DNA of 64,000 bases from Deltaproteobacteria bacterium (GCA_040218735.1 JAVJQW010000017.1:256001-320000), one strand, 5' to 3'; positions 41,213 through 51,251 are shown, counted from the stretch's first letter. The notes: generated from the sequence alone by a model not told the origin. Program-made: numbers and translations.

Positions 41213-42499
41213 CTAACGCGCCGTCACGAGCATGTTCGCGACGCACATCTCGTCGCCGGTGCCTTCACCCCAATTCACGTCGACCGGCTCCTGTCCGCGG
41301 TCCTGGTTCGCCGCCGAGTTGTCGAAGGTGCAGTTCAACATCAGCGCGTCGCCGTCCAGGACTTCGAGCGGCTCCGACAACACGTACTGGCGCTGCCAGT
41401 TGAAGTCCCAGTTCTGAATGTTGAGGAAGTTCGTCTCGAACCCGCGCCGCACGCGCGACACACGTCCGACCTCGCCGAGCTGGTGCATGTGGAACATCAC
41501 CGCGTGCACCTCGAACCCATCGTCGAACGGGAGCGTCTCGCCCGCGACGAGATCGAAGAAGCCCCGCGGGTCCTCCTCGATCTCGTGCTCGACCGCAGAC
41601 TCACCCGCGGGGATCTGCATGAAACCGAGCGGCCACGACACGTCGAGGAACGGCGCGTACCAACCTTCGCGCTCCACCGAGTCCTCGAGCGAGAAGACCA
41701 ACCGACTCTGGTCCGGCGCCGGGTCGTCGCCGACCACGTTGTAGTGCATCTGGATCACCACGGTGGACCCCGGCTTCACGCGGATGCCGATGCCGTTCGG
41801 GTACACGTTGCCGCTCTGCCCCGGCAGCCACGCGCCCAGCTGCACGATCGGGATCGCTTCGCGCCCGCCCGACGGTCCGCCGAAGCACTCGTAACCCGGG
41901 CGCTCGTCTTCCTCGTTCCAGACGAACGGCTTCTCCGCATTCTCCGGCGGCAGGATGAACACGCCGACGTGGTGCACGATCTCCAAGTTCCCCGGCATCA
42001 CCGACAGCGCCGTCACGAACTTGTCCGCGGTCTCCGTCCACCGCACCGGGAAACAACGGTAGTCGTCGGGCCGCCCCGTCGGGACGTACGGTTCGGGGAG
42101 CTGCAGCTCCAGGTCGACGCCCGGGAACGCGGGCTCGGTCGGCGGGAGCGCGTCTCCCGGCGACGACGCGTCACCCATCTCCATCCCTTGATCGACCCAG
42201 TCGACGATCGTCTGGATCTGCGCGTCGGTGAGCGAGACGTCTCCGTCGTAGGTCACGTCGGACGGACCGGCCGACCACGGCGGCATCTGACGCGACGTCA
42301 CCGCCATCGCCACCGCGGGACCGAACGCCTTCACCTTCTCGAAGTCGTCGAGCCCGAACGGCGCGATCGCCCCCTCGGCGTGGCAGCTCGTGCAACGCCC
42401 CTCGACGATCGGGCGGACATCCCGGTAGTACGTCGGTGCCCCCTCGGAGCACGCGACGAGCGCGAGGGCGGCCACCGGGACCAACGATGAACGGGACAC
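41213..42499 (-). CDS. Copper type II (PHM/DBM-like) monooxygenase lipoprotein with N-terminal c-heme motif
   Basis: LVAC lipobox; CTSCH and MPPW; VHHV, QMHY, FHMH, WDFNWQ, DEMC copper ligands. Confidence 0.85.
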   Translation of the reverse strand: MSRSSLVPVAALALVACSEGAPTYYRDVRPIVEGRCTSCHAEGAIAPFGLDDFEKVKAFGPAVAMAVTSRQMPPWSAGPSDVTYDGDVSLTDAQIQTIVDWVDQGMEMGDASSPGDALPPTEPAFPGVDLELQLPEPYVPTGRPDDYRCFPVRWTETADKFVTALSVMPGNLEIVHHVGVFILPPENAEKPFVWNEEDERPGYECFGGPSGGREAIPIVQLGAWLPGQSGNVYPNGIGIRVKPGSTVVIQMHYNVVGDDPAPDQSRLVFSLEDSVEREGWYAPFLDVSWPLGFMQIPAGESAVEHEIEEDPRGFFDLVAGETLPFDDGFEVHAVMFHMHQLGEVGRVSRVRRGFETNFLNIQNWDFNWQRQYVLSEPLEVLDGDALMLNCTFDNSAANQDRGQEPVDVNWGEGTGDEMCVANMLVTAR

Positions 42500-42549
42500 G
42501 GGCGGGAGCTTGCCGGGGCTGGCAAGACCTGAACACCGGTCGACGATCG

Positions 42550-43059
42550 GTGCTCCCGATCCTGCTGACCCTCGCCGCGTGCTCCGGAAACTCCGCGCCC
42601 CCCGAGCCCGTCGCGCTGATCGATCACGCCGCCTGGGTGACGGGGCGCGTCGAGGTCGATCCACAAGGCCTGCACGCGCCGGATCCGATCACCTGCGCGG
42701 CCGGCACCTACCACGTGGACGGGCTCCCGCCGTTCGAGACCTTCGAGGTCACTACGGGCGACTGCAACTTCCTCACGGCCTCCCAACGGACGCTCGCCCC
42801 CGTCGAAGCCGGCGACGCGCTCCGCCTGATCGTCTGGCACCTCGACCTCGACGCGACGCTCCCCGGCCCCGCGCACGCCGCAATCTCGATCGACGGCGAC
42901 ATCCTCTGGGAGCTGAACGTCGACGTCCCGTCGGACGCGGCGCTCTACGATGTCCGAATCGACGCTCCACGTGCGTTCACCCGGGACGCCGACATCGTCT
43001 TCCACGTGCACAACCACGGCACGAACGAGTGGAACATCCAGACCGTCGAGCGGCGCTGA
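42550..43059 (+). CDS. Hypothetical lipoprotein with His motif
   Basis: LAAC lipobox; WHLDL; FHVHNHG.N.W; divergent from the monooxygenase. Confidence 0.65.
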   Translation: MLPILLTLAACSGNSAPPEPVALIDHAAWVTGRVEVDPQGLHAPDPITCAAGTYHVDGLPPFETFEVTTGDCNFLTASQRTLAPVEAGDALRLIVWHLDLDATLPGPAHAAISIDGDILWELNVDVPSDAALYDVRIDAPRAFTRDADIVFHVHNHGTNEWNIQTVERR

Positions 43060-43109
43060 TTTTCGCGCGGACCTTGAATCTTGGCGCCGTAGTCCGGCAC
43101 AACTCGAAT

Positions 43110-46004
43110 GTGCTCCGCCGGCTCGCTCCCCTGCTCGTCCTCGTCACCGGGTGTGACTGCGGCGCGGGGACCTTCGCGAACGTCTACCCCGACATTCGTG
43201 TCCACCCCGAGATGATCGACTTCGGTGAGGTTCGGATCGGTGAGGACGCCCGAATCGTCACCGTCGGCGTCGCAAACGCCGGCACCGCTACGCTCCACGT
43301 GGCCGCGGTGCAACGCGCGGAGGGCACCAGCGATGTGCTGACGTTCGACACCGCGGGCTTCGACGTCGCGATCGACGCGCAGCACGACCGCGAGGTGACG
43401 CTGACGCCGCTCGAAGTCGGCGTCGTCACCGGCGCGCTGATCATCGTGTCCGACGATGCCGACCAACCCGAAGTCACCGTCCCGATCCAAGGCACGATCC
43501 TCCCCGCCGCGGGGCCGCGGCTGTCGATGTGCGTCGAAGCGGAAGGCCTCGACCGCACCTGCGGCGCGGACCTGATCGCGGAGCTTGGCGAGGTCCTCTT
43601 GGGCACCTCGCGGGAGGCGAAGGTCACCTTCGTCAGCGAGGGGACGGAGCCCCTCACGGTCGCCGCCGCGCTCGCGGGATCCAGCCACGCGAGCTACTCG
43701 GCGTCGGAGCTCGTCACGACCCTCGCCCCCTCCGAGACCGCGACGCTCGCGGTGACGTTCGCACCGGTCGACACCGGACTGGAGCGCGCTCAGCTCGTCG
43801 TCGAGACCAACGATCCCAACGCCGTCTTCACACAGATCCGGTTCCGCGGGACCGGGGTCGAGACGGGGCTCTGCGCCAACGCCGAGTCGCTCGACTTCGG
43901 GTCCGTCGAGATCGGTGACTACGCGGAGCGGCAACTCACGATCGAAAACTGCGGTGCCGCCCCCATCACGCTCGCGGCGCTCGACGTGCTCGACGCCGAC
44001 GTGTTCACGATCGAGCGGAGCGACGCGCTCCCACTTCGGCTCGAGGTCGGCGCGACCACCGAGGTCACGGTGCGCTACGCGCCCACCGACGGCCAACCCG
44101 ACAGCGGACGGCTCCGGATCACCTCGGAGGGCCCTAGCGTCTTCGTCACGCTGGAAGGCCGGCCGGATGCGTGCACCCTCGTCGCGCTCCCCTCGCAGAT
44201 CGACTTCGGCACGACCAACGTCGCGACCGCTGAGGGGCGCACGCTGGTCCTCGCCAACACGGGGACGCGCGTGTGTGAGATCCTCGCCTTCACCTTCAGC
44301 TCGACGACGAGCACGGAGTTCTCCGCGTCGTTCCTCCCGGAGGTGCCGCGCGCGGTTGATCCAGGCGGCACCGAGACCGTCGAGCTTCGCTACGCACCGG
44401 TCGACCTCGGCGTCGACAACGGCGCGTTGATCGTCACGACCAACGCCGGAGACGTCGTGGTCGACATCCTGGGTGACAGCCGCAACGCGAGTGGCTGCAC
44501 ACTCCTCGCGACGCCGAACACACTCAACTTCGGTGCGGTGGCCCACGGGTCCTCGTCGCTCATGGGCTTTTCGGTGCTGAACGTCGGCGTCGACTTCTGC
44601 CGAATCGTCACCGTGACGATGGACGCCGGTTCGTCGCCGGACTTCGCCCTCGAGGGTCTCATGATCCCGCGTGGGCTCAATCCTCAGGAGCAGACGTCCG
44701 TGATGGTGCGGTACACGCCCACCGTGTCGTCGGCGACCGGGACGGTGCTCATCGCCGGGCCAGCGGGGACGCAGCGGGTCCAAGTCACGGGGACCGGCAC
44801 CGGCGCGCGGCTGTGTGTTCAACCCAACCCGATCGTGTTCGGCACACGACCATCGAGTTCGGTGACTTCGCGCGCCGTCGATCTCACGGCGTGCGGTTCA
44901 CAGGACGTCGTGGTCTCGGCGTTGTCGCTTCCCGCGCCGACGACCCCCGAGCTATCCATCTACATGCCGCCGACGATGCCGTTCACGATCACGGCAGGAC
45001 AGTCACGCCCGATCGAGCTCCGCTACGCCGGGACGAACGAGGGCCGCGACGACGGGCTGCTCCAGGTCGACAGCAACGACGCCATCGCGCCTTCGCAGCA
45101 GCTCGACATCATCGCCCACACTTCGGCGGCGCCGTGCGGCGACATCCAGGGGCGCATCTGCGATCTCTCGCAGTCCGGGCCGGTCGTCGGCGCGCTCGTC
45201 TACGTCGACACGCCGGGCGGCCGGATCCAGACGACCACGAACGCCAACGGCGACTACGTCCTGACGTGTGTCCCCGTCGGTGGGCACACCGTGCACGCCG
45301 AGAAGGGGCAGTGGAGCGTGTCGTCCTCAGCGGTGGTCGACGCCTACGTCACCACGGTGCTCCCGGGGCAACAGTGTCTCGAGCCGACGAGCGCAAACGT
45401 CGCGGTCATTCACGGCGCGTACGACAACATCGAGAACATCCTGGCGACGAACGGCGTGCCCTACGACTTCTACATGGACGCGGCCACGCTGGTCGGGAAC
45501 CCGACGCTCCTCGGTACCTACGACATCCTCTTCATCAACTGCGGCTGGGACGAGACCATCGGGCTGACCCCACCCCACCGCGCGAACATCGAGGCGTTCG
45601 TCGACGGCGGCGGCTCGCTGTACACGTCCGACTACGCGTACGACGTCATCGAGATGATCTGGCCCGACGCGATCGACTTCTACGGAGACGACACCGTACA
45701 GAACGCCGCGCAGGCCGCGACGTTCTTCCGAGGCTACGTCGGTATCGTTCACCCCGGGCTGTCGATAGCGCTCAACCACCCCTCCCAGATCTACATCGAC
45801 GCGAGCTACGTCGGGACCGTCTCGGCCGGTCCGGGCACGACCGTGTACCTCGAAGGACCACGCCCCGGCGTGGGCCCCGCGAGCCCGTTCATGGTGAGCT
45901 TCACGCCGAGCCCGACGTCGGGGCGTGTCTTCAGCACCGACTTCCACAACAACGGCGTCGGCGCGATCGCAGCCGTGTTCGACTGGCTGCTGTTGAACCT
46001 CTGA
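43110..46004 (+). CDS. Large lipoprotein with tandem ASH/choice-of-anchor-D Ig repeats
   Basis: VTGCDC lipobox; about 6 repeats (P..iDFG.v......l.N.G ... v.yaP...G...G.l.i.sND); C-terminal YDILFINCG...GGSLYTSD domain. Confidence 0.8.
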   Translation: MLRRLAPLLVLVTGCDCGAGTFANVYPDIRVHPEMIDFGEVRIGEDARIVTVGVANAGTATLHVAAVQRAEGTSDVLTFDTAGFDVAIDAQHDREVTLTPLEVGVVTGALIIVSDDADQPEVTVPIQGTILPAAGPRLSMCVEAEGLDRTCGADLIAELGEVLLGTSREAKVTFVSEGTEPLTVAAALAGSSHASYSASELVTTLAPSETATLAVTFAPVDTGLERAQLVVETNDPNAVFTQIRFRGTGVETGLCANAESLDFGSVEIGDYAERQLTIENCGAAPITLAALDVLDADVFTIERSDALPLRLEVGATTEVTVRYAPTDGQPDSGRLRITSEGPSVFVTLEGRPDACTLVALPSQIDFGTTNVATAEGRTLVLANTGTRVCEILAFTFSSTTSTEFSASFLPEVPRAVDPGGTETVELRYAPVDLGVDNGALIVTTNAGDVVVDILGDSRNASGCTLLATPNTLNFGAVAHGSSSLMGFSVLNVGVDFCRIVTVTMDAGSSPDFALEGLMIPRGLNPQEQTSVMVRYTPTVSSATGTVLIAGPAGTQRVQVTGTGTGARLCVQPNPIVFGTRPSSSVTSRAVDLTACGSQDVVVSALSLPAPTTPELSIYMPPTMPFTITAGQSRPIELRYAGTNEGRDDGLLQVDSNDAIAPSQQLDIIAHTSAAPCGDIQGRICDLSQSGPVVGALVYVDTPGGRIQTTTNANGDYVLTCVPVGGHTVHAEKGQWSVSSSAVVDAYVTTVLPGQQCLEPTSANVAVIHGAYDNIENILATNGVPYDFYMDAATLVGNPTLLGTYDILFINCGWDETIGLTPPHRANIEAFVDGGGSLYTSDYAYDVIEMIWPDAIDFYGDDTVQNAAQAATFFRGYVGIVHPGLSIALNHPSQIYIDASYVGTVSAGPGTTVYLEGPRPGVGPASPFMVSFTPSPTSGRVFSTDFHNNGVGAIAAVFDWLLLNL

Positions 46005-46412
46005 TCAGTGCGTGATCGTCGGCTCGGTGTTCTTCGCCTCGTCGATCCAACCCTGAACGACCGACGCCGCCGGCGTCGCGTTCGCGAGGTTCTTCTCGGC
46101 GTTCACTTCCTTCATCTTCGCGGCGAGGTTCTCGGCGTTGCGGTGGCGCAGCTCCTTCACGGTGTCGACGCCGGAGGCCTCGAGCAGCTCGGAGTACTGC
46201 GGGCCGATGCCGTCGATGCGCATGAGGTCGGCGAGGTTCGCCCACGTGAGGATGCGCTTCTCGGAGATGTCGGTCTTCTCCGCGATCGCCTTGCGGCCCT
46301 TCGCGTCCGCGCAGTGCGCGAGGAAGTCGTCCGTGGTCTTGATGCCCGCGGCCGCGAGCTTCTCGCCGTACGCGGGTCCGATGCCTTCGATTTCTTCGAT
46401 CTTGTACGTCAT
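46005..46412 (-). CDS. DUF4332 helix-hairpin-helix protein
   Basis: IEEIEGIGP, ADLMRIDGIGPQYSELLEASGVDTVKELRHRN. Confidence 0.88.
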   Translation of the reverse strand: MTYKIEEIEGIGPAYGEKLAAAGIKTTDDFLAHCADAKGRKAIAEKTDISEKRILTWANLADLMRIDGIGPQYSELLEASGVDTVKELRHRNAENLAAKMKEVNAEKNLANATPAASVVQGWIDEAKNTEPTITH

Positions 46413-46457
46413 TCGATAGTCCTCCAGGGCGGGTTGGATAGCGGTATGCTGCGCGCC

Positions 46458-47261
46458 ATGCAACCACCCCTCGACGGCACCGTCGTCATCACCGGCGCCT
46501 CGTCGGGCATCGGGCGCGAGATGGCGCGACAGCTCGCGTCGACGGCGAAGCGCCTCGTGCTGGTCGCGCGACGCGCGGACCGATTGGAGGCGCTCGCTGA
46601 CGAGCTGCGTCGTGACGACCTCGTCGTCGATGTCGAAGCGGTCGATCTCGCCGATCTCGAAGCGACCGAAGCGCTCGCGGTGCGCCTCCTCGAGCGCGGC
46701 GTCGACGTCCTGATCAACAACGCGGGCCTCGGCGACATGGCGCTGTACGACCAGTGCGAGTGGGAGCGCATCACCCGCATGAACCGCGTGAACGTCGACG
46801 CGCTGATGCTCCTGACCCACCGCCTCCTCCCGCCGATGGTCGCGAAGGGCAGCGGCGGCATCCTGAACGTCAGCTCGGGGTTCGGGATGACGCCGATGCC
46901 GGTGATGTCCACCTACGTCGCGACGAAGCACTACGTCACCGCATTCACCGAGTCGCTCCGCATGGAGATGGCCGGGACGGGCGTCATCGTGTCGCAGGTC
47001 TGTCCGGGGCCGGTCGCGACGGAGTTCGAGCAGGTGGCCGGCAACCCGTTCGACATGTCGACCCCCAAGGCCATCACCCTGACCCCCGAGGCGTGCGCCC
47101 GCGCCGCGCTGGCGGGGTTTCGACGCCGAAAGGCGCTGATCGTGCCCGGCTTCGTCATGGGCGTGGTGATGGCGATGGGCCGCATGACCCCCCGCTGGGT
47201 GTTCCGCGCCATGTACGGCCCGTTGGGCCGAGCGGCCCGTAAACGCTTGGCCTCCGGCTGA
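46458..47261 (+). CDS. Short-chain dehydrogenase/reductase
   Basis: ITGASSGIG, INNAG, NVSS, YVATK, CPGPVATEF. Confidence 0.93.
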   Translation: MQPPLDGTVVITGASSGIGREMARQLASTAKRLVLVARRADRLEALADELRRDDLVVDVEAVDLADLEATEALAVRLLERGVDVLINNAGLGDMALYDQCEWERITRMNRVNVDALMLLTHRLLPPMVAKGSGGILNVSSGFGMTPMPVMSTYVATKHYVTAFTESLRMEMAGTGVIVSQVCPGPVATEFEQVAGNPFDMSTPKAITLTPEACARAALAGFRRRKALIVPGFVMGVVMAMGRMTPRWVFRAMYGPLGRAARKRLASG

Positions 47262-47299
47262 CTTGCGCCAGATCGGCCCCAGGGGTACCAACAAGGCTC

Positions 47300-48940
47300 T
47301 TGAACGCACGTCCACCACCTCCGCCGCCGGCGTCGATGGTCGATGTGTCGGCCTACACCCGGCAGTCGCGCACCTACGAGCCCAACGACCCGGAGATCCG
47401 CGGCAAGAAGGTCCGGCGGTTTCGGCTCGACGAGCTCGAGCGGTTCCCGCGCGAGGTGCGCGACATCCACCGCGCGCTGTTTCGGATCATGCCGGAGCTG
47501 GTCTTTGCGGACGACTTCGTCCCGAAGGTCCGCAAGGTGCTCCAGCAGTACACCGAGATGGACATCGACCTGTGGATGCACTCGATGCGGGTCGTCGGGC
47601 GCACCAAGCTCCGGTCCCTGATACCGGGCGCCTCGTTCATCGCGATCGTCGGGCTGCCGCCGCTGCACGAGAAGGTGCTCGTCGAGATCGATCTGAGGTT
47701 CTGCTACCGCGTCGTCGACGCCCTCCTCGGCGGGCGGGGCGTCACGGTCGACATCCACCGGCCGCTGACGGAGATCGAGCACGGCGTCTTCTCCTACCTC
47801 CTCCTCAAGGTGCTCCAGCTCTTCTACGGCGACCTCGCCAACCCCGAGCAGATGGGGGTGCGGCTCGAGGACATGCGCAACGACCTCAAGAGCTGCGCCG
47901 ACATCGTCCGGCACGACGACTTCTGGCTCGTCGCGTCGTGGAAGATGAACTTCGACCTCGACGTCGGCTACGTCCGCGCGCTGATGCCCACTTCGCTCGC
48001 GCGTAAGATCGTCGACGAGCACCCGCCGCCCGGCTCGGCGCTGCAACAGCGCATGCACGACCGCATCCGGCAGCGCATGTACCGCCTCGCCGGCGTGACG
48101 GTGGAGGCGCCGGTGGAGATCGGGCGCATCGAGCTGTCACCCGACGACGTCGAGCAGCTCGATCCGGGCGACATCATCCTCCTCGAGAACTGCAGCGTGC
48201 AGCTGTCCGAGGAGGGGGTGTACGGGACGGCGGTGATGACCGTCGGGCTCGGTGACAACGGCGTCATCCACGGCAACGTCGGAGCGGGCGGGCACTACGG
48301 CAACCTCGTCTTCGAGGTGACGCAGCTCGAGATGCGTCCGCAACCCAAAGAGCACGACCCCCAAATCATTCACGGAGAGCACGGGAACCCAGAAGAGGTC
48401 ATGGCCGAATACGAAGCACCGCCCCCCGGTGAAGAGGGGTACGAAGAGGACTACTACGACGAAGCCGACGACGGCTCGACGACGCCGGACGACGTGCTCG
48501 ACGAGGACTGGGGCATCGACGACGAGGACCACGGCGAGGACGAAGAGTACGGCGACTACGAAGAGGGCTACGAGGAAGGGTACGAAGAGGGCTACGCCGA
48601 AGAGGGGTACGAAGAAGGCTACGCCGAAGACGGCCAGCAGCAGGAGTACTACGACGAGGCGAACGCCGAGGACGTGCCGATCGACGACTCCGACAACCTC
48701 ATGGAGGCGGAGCCGCTCCTCGGGGACATGCCGATTCACGTCGTCGTGGAGCTCGGACGCGTTCAGCTGACGGCAGACGAGGTCATTCGCCTCCGCGCCG
48801 GTCAGCTGATGGAGCTCGGACGCTCGCCCGCGGATCCCGTAGACTTGGTCGTGAACGGCAAGCTCCTCGCGAAGGGTGAGCTCGTCGAGATCGAGGGCGC
48901 GCTGGGCGTGAAGATCCTCAACCTCGTGAAGGAGACGTGA
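47300..48940 (+). CDS. sctQ: T3SS sorting-platform SctQ (FliM/FliN SpoA domains)
   Basis: FliM-like middle (RPLTEIE); two SpoA domains (VEIGRIELS..LDPGDIILL; VELGRVQLT..LRAGQLMEL..VDLVVNGKLLAKGELV); alternative start 47336. Confidence 0.88.
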   Translation: MNARPPPPPPASMVDVSAYTRQSRTYEPNDPEIRGKKVRRFRLDELERFPREVRDIHRALFRIMPELVFADDFVPKVRKVLQQYTEMDIDLWMHSMRVVGRTKLRSLIPGASFIAIVGLPPLHEKVLVEIDLRFCYRVVDALLGGRGVTVDIHRPLTEIEHGVFSYLLLKVLQLFYGDLANPEQMGVRLEDMRNDLKSCADIVRHDDFWLVASWKMNFDLDVGYVRALMPTSLARKIVDEHPPPGSALQQRMHDRIRQRMYRLAGVTVEAPVEIGRIELSPDDVEQLDPGDIILLENCSVQLSEEGVYGTAVMTVGLGDNGVIHGNVGAGGHYGNLVFEVTQLEMRPQPKEHDPQIIHGEHGNPEEVMAEYEAPPPGEEGYEEDYYDEADDGSTTPDDVLDEDWGIDDEDHGEDEEYGDYEEGYEEGYEEGYAEEGYEEGYAEDGQQQEYYDEANAEDVPIDDSDNLMEAEPLLGDMPIHVVVELGRVQLTADEVIRLRAGQLMELGRSPADPVDLVVNGKLLAKGELVEIEGALGVKILNLVKET

Positions 48941-49521
48941 TGAAGACGCGCGCTGCTCTGCTCTGCCTGTCGCTGTCGCTGGTGTGGACCGCACCGGTGT
49001 TCGCTCAGGCCGACGGAACAGCGAACGGGACGGCGCCGTCCACCGTCGCGGCCGAGGTGCCCGACGCGGCCGGGGACCCGTCGATGGATCCGGAGTTCGC
49101 CGCCGCGCTCGCGGAGGCGGAGAGCGCCGACGTCGAGAAGACCAGCACCGCGGACGCGACCGAAATGTTCGGCGCATTGGTCCAGATGGTGTTGGTCCTG
49201 GCGGTGGTGTGCGCCCTCGCCTATCTGTTGCTCGGCAAGGTGTTGCCGAAGCTCATGCGCGTGCAGACGCCGACGGCGCCGCACCGCATGTTGGAGGTCG
49301 TGGATCGGCTGCCGCTCGATCCGCGCCGTTCGATCATGGTCATCAAGCTCGGCGAGCGCTTCTTCCTGGTAGGCGCGACCGAGCAAGGCATCAATCTCCT
49401 CTCACGCCTGGAGACGGAAGAGGTGGAGGACGCGCTGGCCTCGGCGGCCGCCCGGCGCGACTCGACATCCCTCTCCCGCTTCGCGGGCAACCTTCTTTCA
49501 CGTACGAGGAAGGAGTCCTGA
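48937..49521 (+). CDS. fliO: FliO-family export-gate chaperone
   Basis: Signal peptide, one TM, LEVVDRLPLDPRRSIMVIKLGERFFLVGATEQGINLLS. Confidence 0.85.
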   Translation: MMKTRAALLCLSLSLVWTAPVFAQADGTANGTAPSTVAAEVPDAAGDPSMDPEFAAALAEAESADVEKTSTADATEMFGALVQMVLVLAVVCALAYLLLGKVLPKLMRVQTPTAPHRMLEVVDRLPLDPRRSIMVIKLGERFFLVGATEQGINLLSRLETEEVEDALASAAARRDSTSLSRFAGNLLSRTRKES

Positions 49522-49522
49522 C

Positions 49523-50491
49523 GTGTTCATGAAAGCTGTGACCTCGGTGTTCGGGGAGCGGAAGAAGTCGCGCCGCGAACGCCGGCTCGCGCTGCGGAAC
49601 GAGACCCCGCGGCGGCGTTGGCGTCGACCTCGCGTCGAACCGCCGCGACCGCGACGGGGGATGCGCAACCCGCAACGCTCCGCGGCGAAGACCGCGCTGT
49701 TGTTGACCGCGGCGATCTCCGCTGGGGCGATCACCGCGACGGCGTTCTCTTCGGACGCCGAAGCTCAGCAGCGTCGGCGCCGCCGGGTGAAGACCTCGGA
49801 CCTGACGCTGAAGGGTTCGGTGATCGCGCGTCCGCTGGTGCTCATCGGAGCGCTCGCGGTCCTCACGCTGCTGCCGTTCGTGATCATCATGATCACGAGC
49901 TTCGTGAAGATCTCGGTGGTGCTGTCGATCGTACGCTCGGCGATCGGTACGCAGCAGATCCCTCCGACTCAAGTCATCACGGGCCTGGCGATCATCCTGA
50001 CGGTGTACATCATGGCGCCGGTCGGCCTGGAGATTTATCGAGAATCGGAGAACCTCATCAACGAACGAAGACCGGGTTCATCGCTGGCATCTGCCGAGAC
50101 GGTCGACCTGGTGTTCGAGGCGATGCTCCAGGCGAAGGAGCCGGTGAAGGCGTTCCTGATGAAGAACAGCCACGTGAAGGATCGCGTGATGTTCTACCGG
50201 ATGGCGGTGCGGCTCCGTAAGCCGGAGGACCAGAAGGGCGTGGGGCCGGAGGACTTCATGGTCATCGTCCCCTCCTTCGTCATCTCGGAATTGAAAGAAG
50301 CCTTCCAGATCGGCTTCATCATATTCGTGCCGTTCTTGGTGATCGACATGATCGTCGCCAACATCCTCATGGCGCTCGGCATGCAGATGTTGTCACCGAC
50401 GACGATCTCACTGCCATTCAAGTTACTCCTCTTCGTGATGATCGACGGTTGGTACCTCATCACGAAGGGGCTCATCACGGGGTACATCTGA
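49523..50491 (+). CDS. sctR: T3SS export gate SctR (FliP family)
   Basis: TSFVKISVVLS, GTQQIPP, SELKEAFQIGF, LPFKLLLFV.IDGW; alternative ATG 49661 gives a Sec signal ending AEA-Q. Confidence 0.95.
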   Translation: MFMKAVTSVFGERKKSRRERRLALRNETPRRRWRRPRVEPPRPRRGMRNPQRSAAKTALLLTAAISAGAITATAFSSDAEAQQRRRRRVKTSDLTLKGSVIARPLVLIGALAVLTLLPFVIIMITSFVKISVVLSIVRSAIGTQQIPPTQVITGLAIILTVYIMAPVGLEIYRESENLINERRPGSSLASAETVDLVFEAMLQAKEPVKAFLMKNSHVKDRVMFYRMAVRLRKPEDQKGVGPEDFMVIVPSFVISELKEAFQIGFIIFVPFLVIDMIVANILMALGMQMLSPTTISLPFKLLLFVMIDGWYLITKGLITGYI

Positions 50492-50763
50492 TGGTCGAAG
50501 ACTTCATCATCCAGATCGCCAACGCCGGGATCTTGTTGACCCTGGTGATCTCCGGGCCGCCGGTGCTGTTCTCGCTGCTCGTCGGTCTGATCATCGCGCT
50601 GTTCCAGGCGGTGACGCAGGTGCAGGAGCAGTCGCTGACGTTCGTGCCGAAGGTCATCGTGGTGTTCGGGACGCTCGCGGTGATGGGCCAGACCCTCGGG
50701 AGCTCGATGGCGCAGTTCGGGCGCATGTGCTTCGAGGGGTTCGCCACCGTCATCGGCAACTGA
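50491..50763 (+). CDS. sctS: T3SS export gate SctS (FliQ family)
   Basis: VGLIIALFQAVTQVQEQSLTFVPK; TGATG coupling to sctR. Confidence 0.95.
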   Translation: MVEDFIIQIANAGILLTLVISGPPVLFSLLVGLIIALFQAVTQVQEQSLTFVPKVIVVFGTLAVMGQTLGSSMAQFGRMCFEGFATVIGN

Positions 50764-50765
50764 CC

Positions 50766-51251
50766 GTGCCCGTCGCTCGTCCTCTGATGGCCGCCGTGGT
50801 GAGCGCGACGATCGCGCTCGCGGCGCCGTCGTCCGCCTCGGCGCAGGTGGAGGGGGACGGGGTGATCGTGACGACGGCGGTGCTCGGGACCATCGCCGGG
50901 ATCACCAACGCCATCGCGGTCACGGTGTACGCGGTCGAGGGCCGTGCGCTCGGGAGCGGGTGGGTGGTGAGCACGCTGTTCTCCACGGCGATCTGCGGAG
51001 CGCTCACAACTTCGTTCATCGTCGCCGCGGCGCAGAACGACGGCGTGGGTTACTCGATCGGGACGCTGTTCTACGCCCTACTCACCGTGTGGCCCGGGTA
51101 CTACGTCATCCGCTCGTCCTTGAGCGAAGCCGAGCCGGGTGAGTACTTCGACGCGGAGGTCGCGCCCGACGACACCGAGGACCCGATCTCCTCGCTCACC
51201 CCCGCGCCGCGACGCTTGCCGACGGCGTTGGCTTGGGGCTTCGAGTTCTGA
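50766..51251 (+). CDS. Hypothetical membrane protein inserted between sctS and sctT
   Basis: Signal peptide (ASA-Q), 3 hydrophobic segments; its stop overlaps the sctT ATG. Confidence 0.6.
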   Translation: MPVARPLMAAVVSATIALAAPSSASAQVEGDGVIVTTAVLGTIAGITNAIAVTVYAVEGRALGSGWVVSTLFSTAICGALTTSFIVAAAQNDGVGYSIGTLFYALLTVWPGYYVIRSSLSEAEPGEYFDAEVAPDDTEDPISSLTPAPRRLPTALAWGFEF

